Shown piece after piece: positions 50,088 to 60,217 of a stretch of 64,000 nucleotides of DNA. The stretch is from contig JAJRVW010000222.1 in NCBI GenBank assembly GCA_024277115.1, positions 27,738 to 91,737 on the forward strand. The letters run 5' to 3'. A model generated the notes under the pieces. It made no database searches, was not told the DNA's origin, and saw nothing but the letters and a program-made list of their open reading frames with translations. The DNA comes from Calditrichota bacterium (GTDB taxonomy: Bacteria; Calditrichota; Calditrichia; Calditrichales; J004). The translations under genes were made by a program, and so were the position numbers. The number at the start of each line of letters is the position of its first letter. The first letter of the stretch is position 1.

Positions 50088-51383
50088 TTACTTCAGGCCA
50101 ACCTTGTCAAAAATATAACCAACCTTACTTAACCTTTTATCAATCGAGCACAGGTCATCAATTTCAGTTTCGGTCAAGGCCTCTTTTAAGTCAGAATCAG
50201 CTTTTAACAGCTTGGAAAATTCTGTCTTTTCATCCCAGCATTTCATTGCATTGCGCTGCACCATGCGGTATGCTTTTTCCCGGCTTACGCCTTTTTGAGT
50301 TAGGGCCAGCAATACAACCTGCGAGCTAAACAACCCATTTGTTTTTTGCAGGTTAGCCAACATATTTTCGGGGAAAACATTTAAATTGGCAATCAGCCCT
50401 TCCGCCTTTTTTAACATATAATAAAGCAGCATGGTGCTGTCCGGCATAATAATGCGCTCCACCGAAGAATGTGAAATATCACGCTCATGCCACAAAGCGA
50501 CATTTTCCATGGCCGTATGTGCATTGCCCCGCAGAAGCCTGGCCATCCCGCTAAGCTGCTCGCTGATGATCGGGTTTTTTTTATGGGGCATGGCCGATGA
50601 GCCTTTTTGCCCTTTCGAGAAACCTTCTTCGGCTTCCAAAACTTCAGTCCGTTGCAGGTGCCTGATTTCCACAGCGATTTTTTCAATGGTTGCACCGATC
50701 AATGCCATGGTGGACATATAATGCGCATGCCGGTCGCGCTGTAAAACCTGCGTGGAAATATTTGCCGATTTTAGCCCAAGCTTGAGGCAAACATAATCCT
50801 GAACCTGCGGGTCCAAATGATCATAGGTGCCTACAGCGCCGGAAATTTGACCAACGCGGATTGTCTCAATGGCGGCCTTCAGCCTTTCACGCTGGCGGAT
50901 AAGTTCATCATACCAAACAGCCAGTTTTAAACCAAATGTAATCGGCTCGGCATGTATGCCATGCGATCGGCCAATTTGGATCGTATCCTTAAACTCGATG
51001 GCGCGCCGGCCAACAGTTTTAATTAATCCTTCCAAAGCTGTGGAGATCAGTTTGCCTGCACGTACCAGTTGCACGGCCAAAGCTGTATCCAACACATCGG
51101 AAGAGGTAAGTCCATAATGGATATAGCGCGCCGATGGCCCAACATACTCGGCAACATTAGTTAAAAAGGCAATCACATCATGCTTAACTTCTGCTTCAAT
51201 TTCCAAAATCCGGCCTGTCTCAAAATCTGCTTTTTCTTTTATCGATTTTAAATCTTCATCCGGGACGATCCCCAATTGATTATTTGCCTCACAGGCTGCG
51301 ACTTCGATTTCCAACCAAATGGAGAAGCGTTCTTTGTCCATCCAGATTTTTTCAATTTCAGGCAATGAATAGCGTGCGATCAT
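50088..51383 (-). CDS. purB: Adenylosuccinate lyase
   Basis: Fumarate-lyase signature SSAMPHKKNP. N-terminus MIARYSLPEIEKIW. 431 aa. Confidence 0.96.
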   Translation of the reverse strand: MIARYSLPEIEKIWMDKERFSIWLEIEVAACEANNQLGIVPDEDLKSIKEKADFETGRILEIEAEVKHDVIAFLTNVAEYVGPSARYIHYGLTSSDVLDTALAVQLVRAGKLISTALEGLIKTVGRRAIEFKDTIQIGRSHGIHAEPITFGLKLAVWYDELIRQRERLKAAIETIRVGQISGAVGTYDHLDPQVQDYVCLKLGLKSANISTQVLQRDRHAHYMSTMALIGATIEKIAVEIRHLQRTEVLEAEEGFSKGQKGSSAMPHKKNPIISEQLSGMARLLRGNAHTAMENVALWHERDISHSSVERIIMPDSTMLLYYMLKKAEGLIANLNVFPENMLANLQKTNGLFSSQVVLLALTQKGVSREKAYRMVQRNAMKCWDEKTEFSKLLKADSDLKEALTETEIDDLCSIDKRLSKVGYIFDKVGLK

Positions 51384-51425
51384 TTTTTATTTATTCCTAA
51401 GTCTCTCATCAAATTTTAAGAAAAA

Positions 51426-52604
51426 TTACTTTCTTTTTTCCAGGATTATTTCAATCGGTATAAGCGTGCCGTCGCGCCAAACTTTTAATTTAAGCACATC
51501 GCCAACTTTAAGGTATTCCGTGCTCATCGCGGCATCAACTGACGCATCATCCTTTACGGGAAACCCGTTTATTTCCACCAGTACGTCGCCCAGTTCAATC
51601 CCTGCTTTTTCCGCCGGGCTGCGACGTGTTATATTGGAAACAAAAACACCTTCCTGCTTGGGATAGCCCAGCTCGTGCGCTACAACGCGGTTCATCGGGC
51701 TAAGGCTTAACCCGACCCAAAAATTACGGTCAATTTTATTATTTTTTAAGCCTACAACAATTTCTTTTATACGGTTTATCGGGATCGCAAAACCAATCCC
51801 CACCGAACCCGAAGTGTATTGATCGCCCGTATAAATAAAGGTGTTCATGCCGATCACCTCGCCGGCGGCATTTACCAGCGGTCCGCCACTGTTGCCCGTG
51901 TTGATCGAAGCATCGGTCTGGATCATATCCTGATAAATACGTCTTTCCTCAACCCGGCCAAAATCCCGGTCAATCGCGCTGATTACCCCCACTGTAACTG
52001 TCGGTTTACTTCTTTTAAAAAGGCCGAAGGGGTTACCAAGGGCAATGGCCCATTCACCAATAAGCAGATCATTGGAATTACCCATTTTTAATGAAGGAAA
52101 TGTGTGGCCATCAACTTTCAACAAGGCAATATCCGAAACAACATCCTGGCCGATTAATCGCGCGGGATACTCTTTTCCATCTGATGTATTGACGGTAATT
52201 TCCACACCATGACCGGCAACGTGGTCGTTGGTAACAATGTAGCCGTCTTCAGAAATAATAAACCCCGATCCCAGCGATTCCACTTTTTCCTGATAGATTT
52301 GATCGCGATAAATCTCGGGAAAAAACCGTTTAAAAAATGGATCGGCACGGCGCACGCGGTTACGGATTTTAGTCACGTTGACCGAAACAACCGCCGGACT
52401 AACTTTTCGGACAGCCTCGGTAATTGCCGTGGTACGGCTTTCAAAAATCCTGTCGTTTAACGCTTCGGCATGTTTTTGAACAGGCTCTGTGGTTACCACT
52501 GAATCAATCTGATTTTGCGATGTTTCATTCTTAACACCGCAAGCGATAAAAAAGCTACAAATTAATACAAGCAACATATTTCTGATTGAAGTTAATTTAT
52601 CCAT
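51426..52604 (-). CDS. HtrA/DegP-family serine protease with one PDZ domain
   Basis: Catalytic triad context [23 protein letters not shown]-terminal PDZ ([16 protein letters not shown]). Confidence 0.88.
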   Translation of the reverse strand: MDKLTSIRNMLLVLICSFFIACGVKNETSQNQIDSVVTTEPVQKHAEALNDRIFESRTTAITEAVRKVSPAVVSVNVTKIRNRVRRADPFFKRFFPEIYRDQIYQEKVESLGSGFIISEDGYIVTNDHVAGHGVEITVNTSDGKEYPARLIGQDVVSDIALLKVDGHTFPSLKMGNSNDLLIGEWAIALGNPFGLFKRSKPTVTVGVISAIDRDFGRVEERRIYQDMIQTDASINTGNSGGPLVNAAGEVIGMNTFIYTGDQYTSGSVGIGFAIPINRIKEIVVGLKNNKIDRNFWVGLSLSPMNRVVAHELGYPKQEGVFVSNITRRSPAEKAGIELGDVLVEINGFPVKDDASVDAAMSTEYLKVGDVLKLKVWRDGTLIPIEIILEKRK

Positions 52605-53241
52605 ATATTTTTTTATAATCGGCTAAAAACGTATCAATGCCTTTATCTGTTAAAGGGTGTTTTAACATTTGTTCGATTACTTTAAACGGGATTGTTGCAA
52701 CGTCCGCACCCATCATTGCAGCTTCAACCAGGTGCATCGGGTGCCGTACACTGGCAACAAGCACTTCGGTTTCAAAAGCATAATTGCCAAAAATCTGGAC
52801 AATCTCGCCAATCAGGTCCATGCCATTGGAAGAAATATCATCCAGCCTGCCCACAAACGGGCTTACATAACTAGCCCCTGCCCGGGCAGCAAACAAGGCT
52901 TGCGGCGAGCTGAAAACCAAAGTTACATTTGTTTTAATACCTTCGGATGAAAGGACTTTTACCGCTTTCATGCCATCTTTGGTCATCGGGATTTTTACAA
53001 CGATATTTTTATGGATTTTAACCAGTTCGCGCGCTTCTTTAAGCATGCCGTCCGTATCAAGCGAAAGGACCTCGGCGCTTACCGGGCCATCCACAATGGC
53101 ACAAATTTGTTTATAAATTTCAGTTGGGTCGCCACCTTCTTTGGCCAACAGGCTCGGGTTTGTTGTCACACCATCCAATACGCCGATGCTGTTTGCTTCT
53201 TTGATTTGCTCAATATTTGCTGTATCGATAAAAAATTTCAT
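52597..53241 (-). CDS. tal: Fructose-6-phosphate aldolase / transaldolase (short type)
   Basis: [16 protein letters not shown]...GVTTNPSL, Schiff-base Lys context VVKIPMT, and SPFVGRLDD. Confidence 0.9.
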   Translation of the reverse strand: MKFFIDTANIEQIKEANSIGVLDGVTTNPSLLAKEGGDPTEIYKQICAIVDGPVSAEVLSLDTDGMLKEARELVKIHKNIVVKIPMTKDGMKAVKVLSSEGIKTNVTLVFSSPQALFAARAGASYVSPFVGRLDDISSNGMDLIGEIVQIFGNYAFETEVLVASVRHPMHLVEAAMMGADVATIPFKVIEQMLKHPLTDKGIDTFLADYKKIYG

Positions 53242-53253
53242 GGCAAACTCCTT

Positions 53254-54003
53254 TTAATAATAAATTTTTTCAAGAAAAAGCCCCCGCGCCGGGGCTGTAT
53301 ATTTTATAGCGCTTCTATCTTGTGAATTAATAATTTCCCTGTATTCGGCAAAGTTAATTTTACCCTGACCAAGCTGTACAAGCAAACCAACGATAGCCCG
53401 CACCATTCCGTACAAAAATCGATTTGCCTGTATTTCGTATACCCAAAAATCTTTTTCTTTAAACCAGCGGGAATTAAATATTTCGCACACGTATGTTTTA
53501 ACGTCACTTCCCGATTTACAAAAAGTTTTAAACTCACTTAGCCCCAAAAGCTCATTTGCCGCTATTTGCATAAGTGTAAAATTAAGGGAATAAGGAAGAT
53601 ACCAGGAATATTTTCTATTTATTGCCGTTGGCTGCTCAGAAATATAATAGCGATATAACCTTTTTTTTGCATCAAACCGTGCATGGAATTGTGCCGGGCA
53701 CGTTTCAATTTTTTTTACAACAATATCATTTTCCAAAATACCATTTAATGAATTCTGAACCTTTTTTATTGCCCGTTGTACATCTTCGCCCTTTTCAAAC
53801 TCGGGTAAATCACAATGTGCTGTCTGATTTCTGGCATGCACACCCGCATCGGTACGACCGGAACCATACAAAACAGTAGGCTTTTTTGTGATTATCTTTA
53901 GGGCATTTTCTAATTCGCCCTGAACCGTTTTATCTTTTTTTTGCAACTGCCAACCGGCGTACAAAGTACCGTCATATTCTATGGTAAGTTTTATTCTTGG
54001 CAT
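53254..54003 (-). CDS. truA: tRNA pseudouridine(38-40) synthase
   Basis: IEYDGTLYAGWQLQ and catalytic GSGRTDAGVHA motif. Confidence 0.93.
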   Translation of the reverse strand: MPRIKLTIEYDGTLYAGWQLQKKDKTVQGELENALKIITKKPTVLYGSGRTDAGVHARNQTAHCDLPEFEKGEDVQRAIKKVQNSLNGILENDIVVKKIETCPAQFHARFDAKKRLYRYYISEQPTAINRKYSWYLPYSLNFTLMQIAANELLGLSEFKTFCKSGSDVKTYVCEIFNSRWFKEKDFWVYEIQANRFLYGMVRAIVGLLVQLGQGKINFAEYREIINSQDRSAIKYTAPARGLFLEKIYY

Positions 54004-54082
54004 TAAAATAGATAATTAAAAAGGAATTGTTGAATATACTTTTTTTCCTGATTCTTTTCAAGGAAACCCGTTTTCCAGGCAA

Positions 54083-54107
54083 TAAAAAAGGCTGCCATAA
54101 GCAGCCT
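54083..54107 (-). terminator. Rho-independent terminator downstream of ccmF
   Basis: aggctgc-cataa-gcagcct stem-loop, followed on the minus strand by TTTTTTATT. Confidence 0.65.
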
Positions 54108-54161
54108 GATTTTAAAACCTTTTAGAAAGAACCTTTAAATTAGCAAAAGAGTAGATTGCTT

Positions 54162-56381
54162 TTAAAGCCTTTGTTTTTTTGTCCTGTGGACTATTGTTAT
54201 TATAAAGCCAACAAAGAGAAGGATTGTACCCAACCACAAAATATTGATCAATGGTTTTTTTGAGATTTCAGCAGCAAGCATCTCTTTTCCAACAGTTCCT
54301 TTTTTACCTTCTTTTGGTGAGATGGCCAATACAAGAATTTGTTCTTCTACCGACAAACCATCAATTAAAACCTGGCGATTTGTTCCCAAAAACGCGGCAG
54401 GTAAATTTTCACGATCTTTGCCAATAACTTTTATACCGGGTTTAATACTTTCCAAAATCTTACCATCTTTATCCAAAATATCCAACTTGGCGAGGATAGT
54501 CATATTACCGGCACCCATTTCATGCATGTTCATTTCATATTCATTAAAACGGATTTGATACTCCTCGAACGGCACGGTTGTCGCTTTTTTAATTTTAACC
54601 TTATCCATCGATACATCTTCTTCCGGTTTGATTATCTGGATAGGCGCAATATATAAATCTTCCAAAATGGAATTTGTTACTGATGGCGCGATCATGTAAG
54701 CCTTGCTATATTCGCTCCAATAAAAACGGGCAAAGGCCCCATCTTCGCCATTGATGGTTAACATCACTTTATCTTTACCATTTGCGGCAGTTTCTTTTCC
54801 ATTGTATTGGATATTGTAACCCAATACCGATGATGTCTCACCAATGGGAAGAGAGACTTTTTGGGACTGGTCATAAACCGAAGATGTAATAATCCCGATA
54901 AACATAAAACCGACGCCGACATGCACCAGGTAGCCCCCAAAAGCATAACTCTTTTTTGAGACCATCTGATATATTATTTGTCCATTGGCCAAAATTACAA
55001 AAACGGCAGATGTACTAATCATTAAAGGTATAAGATCGCGCATGCCCAATAAATACATTACTCCACCTATAATTAGAGAAGCAATAAAGTGGACAGTGAG
55101 GCTTTTAATCTTTGCCACATTATCCCGTTTCCAACTAAATACCGGGGCAAGGGCAATAAGAAAACTAAGTAAAATCGCCAATGGCCCGCTTATTTTATTA
55201 TAAGCATCAGGCCCGACACTACCGGCATTATCCTGAAACCAGGCAGATAAAATTGGCCAGGATGTACCAACCAAAGTAAATGTGGCCAGTAAAAGAATGA
55301 GCATCATGCCAAAAGCCATAAATAACTCACGCGTAAAAAAGCCTGTATCAAGATTGCTTCCCTTAACACCTTGTACCCTAAATATGTAGGTTATAAAACC
55401 AATACCAGCGAATAAGAACAAGAATCCCATCAGATAAAGCTCCAACTCGGATTCGCCAAAAGAGTGCACTGAAAAATCTGTTAGTACGCCACTTCGAGTG
55501 AGAAAGGTGCCGTACAATACGAGTACAAAAGTGGTGATGGCCAGAAACAGGTTGAGTCGTTTCATACCGCCCTGCCTGCGCTGGATAACCATACCGTGGA
55601 ACAGGACTAAAGAGACAAGCCAGGGAATCAATGAGCTGTTTTCGACCGGGTCCCATCCCCAGTACCCGCCCCAGCCTAAAGTTGTATAGGCCCAGTATCC
55701 GCCTAAAATAATCCCGGCACCAAGCGAGAGCGCTACATAAAGTGCATAAGGATAAACGGCTTTGATCCAGTCATCATGCTTATTACGGATTAGCGCTGCC
55801 ATCGCAAACGAAAAAAGGATCATGGTAGACGAGTAACCAGAGAACAAAATAGGTGGGTGAATAACCATAAAAGGATCTTGCAACAAAGGGTTTAATCCGC
55901 TTCCATCAAGAGGGATAACACCCTGTTGAAAACCAAACGGGTTTACATCCCATACATACATAAATGGGTTTTTCTTTATCAAAATTAAAACGATAAAGGC
56001 CTGGATCAAGCCCATAAAACTCATCACAAGCGGCTCTTCTTCCTTACGGCTACGGATAATAACTATGCCATAAATGGAGCCGAAAATCAGCCATAAAAGA
56101 AAGGTACCTTCTTGCCCGGCCCAAAAAGTAGAAACCAGATAGTATAAGGATAAGCTTCGTGAGGAATAAGAGAAAACATATACCCATTCAAAATGATGGG
56201 TTATAATACCGTACATTAAAATTATGCCTTGGACTAAAATCAAGGCAGAGGCTGTATAAAACCCGTTTCGTGCTATTTTTAACATCATCTCTTCTTCCCG
56301 CAGGTAGTAGAGATAATACGATGCAATACTAACGAGAAGTATTACAAAAGTTACAGAGGTTAAAGTTATGCCTAAAATCAT
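54162..56381 (-). CDS. ccmF: Cytochrome c maturation heme lyase subunit CcmF/NrfE family
   Basis: WWD motif WGGYWGWDPVENSSL. Many TM helices. 739 aa. Overlaps ccmE by 4 nt. Confidence 0.88.
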   Translation of the reverse strand: MILGITLTSVTFVILLVSIASYYLYYLREEEMMLKIARNGFYTASALILVQGIILMYGIITHHFEWVYVFSYSSRSLSLYYLVSTFWAGQEGTFLLWLIFGSIYGIVIIRSRKEEEPLVMSFMGLIQAFIVLILIKKNPFMYVWDVNPFGFQQGVIPLDGSGLNPLLQDPFMVIHPPILFSGYSSTMILFSFAMAALIRNKHDDWIKAVYPYALYVALSLGAGIILGGYWAYTTLGWGGYWGWDPVENSSLIPWLVSLVLFHGMVIQRRQGGMKRLNLFLAITTFVLVLYGTFLTRSGVLTDFSVHSFGESELELYLMGFLFLFAGIGFITYIFRVQGVKGSNLDTGFFTRELFMAFGMMLILLLATFTLVGTSWPILSAWFQDNAGSVGPDAYNKISGPLAILLSFLIALAPVFSWKRDNVAKIKSLTVHFIASLIIGGVMYLLGMRDLIPLMISTSAVFVILANGQIIYQMVSKKSYAFGGYLVHVGVGFMFIGIITSSVYDQSQKVSLPIGETSSVLGYNIQYNGKETAANGKDKVMLTINGEDGAFARFYWSEYSKAYMIAPSVTNSILEDLYIAPIQIIKPEEDVSMDKVKIKKATTVPFEEYQIRFNEYEMNMHEMGAGNMTILAKLDILDKDGKILESIKPGIKVIGKDRENLPAAFLGTNRQVLIDGLSVEEQILVLAISPKEGKKGTVGKEMLAAEISKKPLINILWLGTILLFVGFIITIVHRTKKQRL

Positions 56382-56749
56382 GTTTGTGCCCCTTCTCCCT
56401 CATATTTTGAGGGGCATTTGACAAGAATGTTTTTTGCATGGAATTTGCCGTCTTTGAATTGTCCCTGGCAAACAACTTCTATAGCCTGGTCAAAATTACC
56501 GGGCTTAGCGCCATCATAAACAACATCTATTTTACGGCCTTGTTCATCCTGCAACGTAAATTTGAAAATATTCTCTTCCACGTCAAAGTTGGCCTCTCCA
56601 ACACGTTGGCCTTTTACCTGTACCGATTCACCCGATTCTATAGCTTCCGAAATGGAAACATAGGGTGTGATGGAACCATCAAATGAACTTATTGAGAATA
56701 TTGCAAATGCAACAATTATCACAGTCCCAATAATATATTTAGTTTTCAT
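56378..56749 (-). CDS. ccmE: Heme chaperone CcmE, Cys-type (CxxxY) variant
   Basis: N-terminal anchor, then an OB-fold (VQVKGQRV...). The C-terminal heme-attachment site reads LVKCPSKYE (C-x3-Y) instead of the usual H-x3-Y. Confidence 0.85.
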   Translation of the reverse strand: MKTKYIIGTVIIVAFAIFSISSFDGSITPYVSISEAIESGESVQVKGQRVGEANFDVEENIFKFTLQDEQGRKIDVVYDGAKPGNFDQAIEVVCQGQFKDGKFHAKNILVKCPSKYEGEGAQT

Positions 56750-56882
56750 TGTTCTACCTCTCTTTTGGTCATATTGTATGTGCTTTTAAGTGCAGGTTGT
56801 GCCTATCTTGCGCAAATAATTCTCTGCAATTTTTTAGCGCCCACAAAATGACAATTAATTTGTACACTCATTGCTTTATTTT

Positions 56883-57011
56883 TTAATCGGCTAGTCTTTC
56901 ATCTATTTGTTTTTTTAATTGGCTTATTTTGCCTTGCAATGATAAAAGGTACCCGAAAATCCCCGCCCAAACAATTAAAATAATACCTAATACAACATAA
57001 ATATCCGACAT
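56883..57011 (-). CDS. ccmD: Small membrane protein, CcmD-like (absent from the ORF track)
   Basis: ATG at 57009..57011 directly follows the ccmC stop (TAAATG). It translates to MSDIYVVLGIILIVWAGIFGYLLSLQGKISQLKKQIDERLAD (42 aa, one TM helix plus a charged tail). Position and size match CcmD. Confidence 0.6.
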   Translation of the reverse strand: MSDIYVVLGIILIVWAGIFGYLLSLQGKISQLKKQIDERLAD

Positions 57012-57695
57012 TTAATTCTCCTGATTAACTAATTTTTGAAAATTCATTTTTATACGGATGAGTGACTTTTTTAAGTGCATCATCCAGAAAAAGACAATGG
57101 TAAACCCACCCAAAGAAGATAAGAAAACAGTCAGCATTTTTGCATCCATTTTCATCTTAGCTTCCTGGTTGATTAATGGATCGGGGTGCAATGATTCATA
57201 AACACGTGGGATTATAAAAATAAAAAATGGTACGGTCACAAAAGCTAAAATAGAATACACCGCCGATAACCGCGCTTTGGTTTCTTCGACCTCGACTGCC
57301 GAGCGTAACGAAAAATAAGCGCCGTAAATAAGTAACAAAATAAAAATAGAGGTTTGGCGCGGGTCCCAGTTCCAATACGCGCCCCAGCTCTCTTTGGCCC
57401 ATAAAGCGCCTGTTACCGTGGCCAGCAAACAAAATATTATCCCCAGTTGGCTTGCAGCTTCCGCGTAATAATCAAAAAGAATATTACGTTTGCGCAAATA
57501 GAGAACGCTGTAAAAGGCACCGAGGAAAAAGGCCACAACTGTAACCCAGGCCACCGGTACATGAAAATACATTACCCGAGTAAACTCCCCAAGCCCTTTG
57601 GCCAGCGGCGCATAGAGGTAGGCCCCGATAATTACAAGGCTTAAGAAAATAAAGAGAAGCCCCTGCCATGTGTATTTTAAAATTTTGTTGTTCAT
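57012..57695 (-). CDS. ccmC: Heme exporter protein CcmC
   Basis: WWD motif WGAYWNWDPRQTS. Six TM helices. Confidence 0.9.
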   Translation of the reverse strand: MNNKILKYTWQGLLFIFLSLVIIGAYLYAPLAKGLGEFTRVMYFHVPVAWVTVVAFFLGAFYSVLYLRKRNILFDYYAEAASQLGIIFCLLATVTGALWAKESWGAYWNWDPRQTSIFILLLIYGAYFSLRSAVEVEETKARLSAVYSILAFVTVPFFIFIIPRVYESLHPDPLINQEAKMKMDAKMLTVFLSSLGGFTIVFFWMMHLKKSLIRIKMNFQKLVNQEN

Positions 57696-57850
57696 TCCAT
57701 TAAACCCTTTTTTCTAATTTGTATATTTGATCATTCTAAGCAAAGTGTAACTAAAAATAAAAAGAATGCTTCCCCCAAAATAGCCGCGGGACAAGTTATT
57801 TCTCAGCATGACACAATCTTACAATCTTTCATTCTTCCAATAATAAACTC

Positions 57851-58510
57851 CTAGTCGTTCCAGATAAAATCAAAAAGCATAATGGCCGCGGTAGAAACAA
57901 TCACACAATAGGCAAAAAGCGCTTGTATCTCCGGTACCAAAATATCCAAACTTTCAGATTTGAATGCAATGCGTGTGGCGCTTATTCCCAAAATCAATAC
58001 AGGCAATAAAATCGGAAAGGCCATAACACTAAACAATGCCCCGCGCGACGATGCCTTGGCGATCAGTGCAGCAACAATCGTTCCAGCTGCCGAAAGCCCG
58101 AATGCCCCCAATGCAACCGTCACCAAAAACAAAGGGAAATTTTTAACCTCAAAATTAAAAACGCCTACATAAAGCGGTGTTACAATTATCAAAACGGCCG
58201 CAAGCAAAACAAGGTTAAAGAGAAACTTACCTAATAAAATATCTGTCGGGCCGGCAATTAACTTTAAAGTATCCGCCGTGTTGGCTTCCTCTTCCTTTAA
58301 AAAAACGTGGGAGAAACCGGACATGGACGAGAATAAAATAATGATCCACAACATGGCGGCTAAAATATCGTCGGAAATGGAAAAATTACCAATGGAAAAG
58401 GACACTGCCGTTAAGGTGACCACAGCAAACAACAAGATTGAATTAATGGCCGCTTTGGAGCGTAGTTCCTGCTTAAAATCTTTTCGGAAAATTGTAAGGC
58501 TGTTACGCAT
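57851..58510 (-). CDS. ccmB: Heme exporter permease CcmB
   Basis: 219 aa with six TM helices, lying between ccmA and ccmC. Overlaps ccmA by 8 nt. TAG stop. Confidence 0.82.
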   Translation of the reverse strand: MRNSLTIFRKDFKQELRSKAAINSILLFAVVTLTAVSFSIGNFSISDDILAAMLWIIILFSSMSGFSHVFLKEEEANTADTLKLIAGPTDILLGKFLFNLVLLAAVLIIVTPLYVGVFNFEVKNFPLFLVTVALGAFGLSAAGTIVAALIAKASSRGALFSVMAFPILLPVLILGISATRIAFKSESLDILVPEIQALFAYCVIVSTAAIMLFDFIWND

Positions 58511-59117
58511 CGATTTGCACCACCTTATCCGCCAGGGCTAAATCCTGCTCGTCATTTGTCGCAAAAATAAGGATTTTTCCCTCCTTTTGTTTTTTCATAA
58601 TTTCATATACTTTCGCCACACCGTCCTTATCCAGATTGGACGTGGGCTCGTCTAAAAATAAAATATCCGGCGTGGACATTAAAGCGAAGGCATATTTTAA
58701 CCGCTGTTTCATACCCGACGAGTATGCTTTTACAGGATCGTGCGCCCGCCCTTTTAAGCCGACCTGTGCAATTAAACTAAAAATTTTGGCCGAGGGCTCT
58801 TTAATGGATTTTAAACCCGCCACAAAATTAAGGTTTTCAAAAGCGGTCAGTTCATCATAAAGCTGTAAATAAGGCCCGACAAGGGAAAAATGATTTTTAA
58901 ACATTTCCGGTTCTATAATATTTCCATTTTGCGTAAAGCGTACCGTCCCCTTATCCGCGCGCGAAAGGCCGCACAAAATACGGATTAGCGTTGTTTTACC
59001 GGAGCCGTTATGCCCGGTTAGCGCCACACTTTCCCCTTTATTTATTTCAAAAGAAATGTTTTTCAGGATTTGCTTTCCGGAGAATGCTTTTTCGATATTT
59101 TGAACTAAGAGCTGCAT
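58503..59117 (-). CDS. ccmA: Heme exporter ABC ATPase CcmA
   Basis: Start at MQLLVQNIEKAF. Walker A GHNGSGKTT, signature YSSGMKQRL, Walker B ILFLDEP. Confidence 0.85.
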   Translation of the reverse strand: MQLLVQNIEKAFSGKQILKNISFEINKGESVALTGHNGSGKTTLIRILCGLSRADKGTVRFTQNGNIIEPEMFKNHFSLVGPYLQLYDELTAFENLNFVAGLKSIKEPSAKIFSLIAQVGLKGRAHDPVKAYSSGMKQRLKYAFALMSTPDILFLDEPTSNLDKDGVAKVYEIMKKQKEGKILIFATNDEQDLALADKVVQIDA

Positions 59118-59367
59118 AATTACTTTTCGATGTTTTAATTCATGTAATATACAAAATGTAATCATCCAATTCATATTTTATTTGGAGAGATTTTGAATGC
59201 GAAATTGAATTTTTTTTTATAAAAACGATCCAAAGCCCTAAAACCAAAAAACCCCGACAATCTAATTGCCGGAGTATCGGAAACCTGCATGCTACTCCTC
59301 TTGGGTTTCAAAAGGGGGGGAAAATATTCTTGATTAAAAAATACTGTTGTTAAAACAATAAGAAATC

Positions 59368-60153
59368 TTATTTGATCTTAGCCCAAGATGCGATTTGCTT
59401 AATGGTTTTATCTATTTCTTTTTGTACATCGGAAATACTAATCTTATCCTTTTCTGAGAAATAATGGTTTGTATCAATTATGTAATTTTTTTCTTGTCTA
59501 AACCCTTCATCGCCCGTCCTTGTAATCACTACTGTTGGAAGTGAGGATAAATTTTCTAATCCATAATTATTCAATTTTGTGTTAATAAATACTAAGTATT
59601 TTTTATTATTTTGCAAATTACTGTTTTCAGGATTAATTGTATGTCGTCTATGCCCGGTAGGAAAATAGAATTTTATGATATCACCCTTACAAATCGGCGA
59701 ATATTTATTAAGGCTATTATGAACCCGCATTGTATATTCAAATAAGACAGAAGTTACCTGTCCTTCTATTATTTCTTTCTTAATTCGTTTTTGTTGAATG
59801 ATTTTTCCAATAACAAGATGTGGCCCCCAATAGATGTCAAATAATCGTTTATCAGCTTTTTTACTCGAATATGCATAGTCAATTTTTTCAGGCCCAGTAA
59901 AAATCCAGTCTCCAAAAGACTTTATCAAAGTGGATTTAATGGGATTTTTTACCCTTAATAAAAAACTCAAACCTGTTAATTGTTTTTTTGCTCTAATACT
60001 AAGTTTTTTATATTCAGCGGGTGTTAAATATTGCGTAATACGTTTGTATTCAATTAGTTCTTTTGAATCCTTTTCACTCTCTAAAAATTTGTTCTGCCCT
60101 GCAATACTTGCTACATACAATAAAATAGACGTTAAAAAAGCTAATTTTTTCAT
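59368..60153 (-). CDS. Hypothetical secreted protein (AT-rich orphan)
   Basis: Signal peptide MKKLAFLTSILLYVASIAGQ. No recognisable motif. The gene looks clearly more AT-rich than its neighbours (not computed). Confidence 0.5.
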   Translation of the reverse strand: MKKLAFLTSILLYVASIAGQNKFLESEKDSKELIEYKRITQYLTPAEYKKLSIRAKKQLTGLSFLLRVKNPIKSTLIKSFGDWIFTGPEKIDYAYSSKKADKRLFDIYWGPHLVIGKIIQQKRIKKEIIEGQVTSVLFEYTMRVHNSLNKYSPICKGDIIKFYFPTGHRRHTINPENSNLQNNKKYLVFINTKLNNYGLENLSSLPTVVITRTGDEGFRQEKNYIIDTNHYFSEKDKISISDVQKEIDKTIKQIASWAKIK

Positions 60154-60217
60154 TTTTACTCAGCTGTTAGAGTAAGATTACTTTTGCTTAGTTAAGCACA
60201 ATTCCGACAATGAAACA

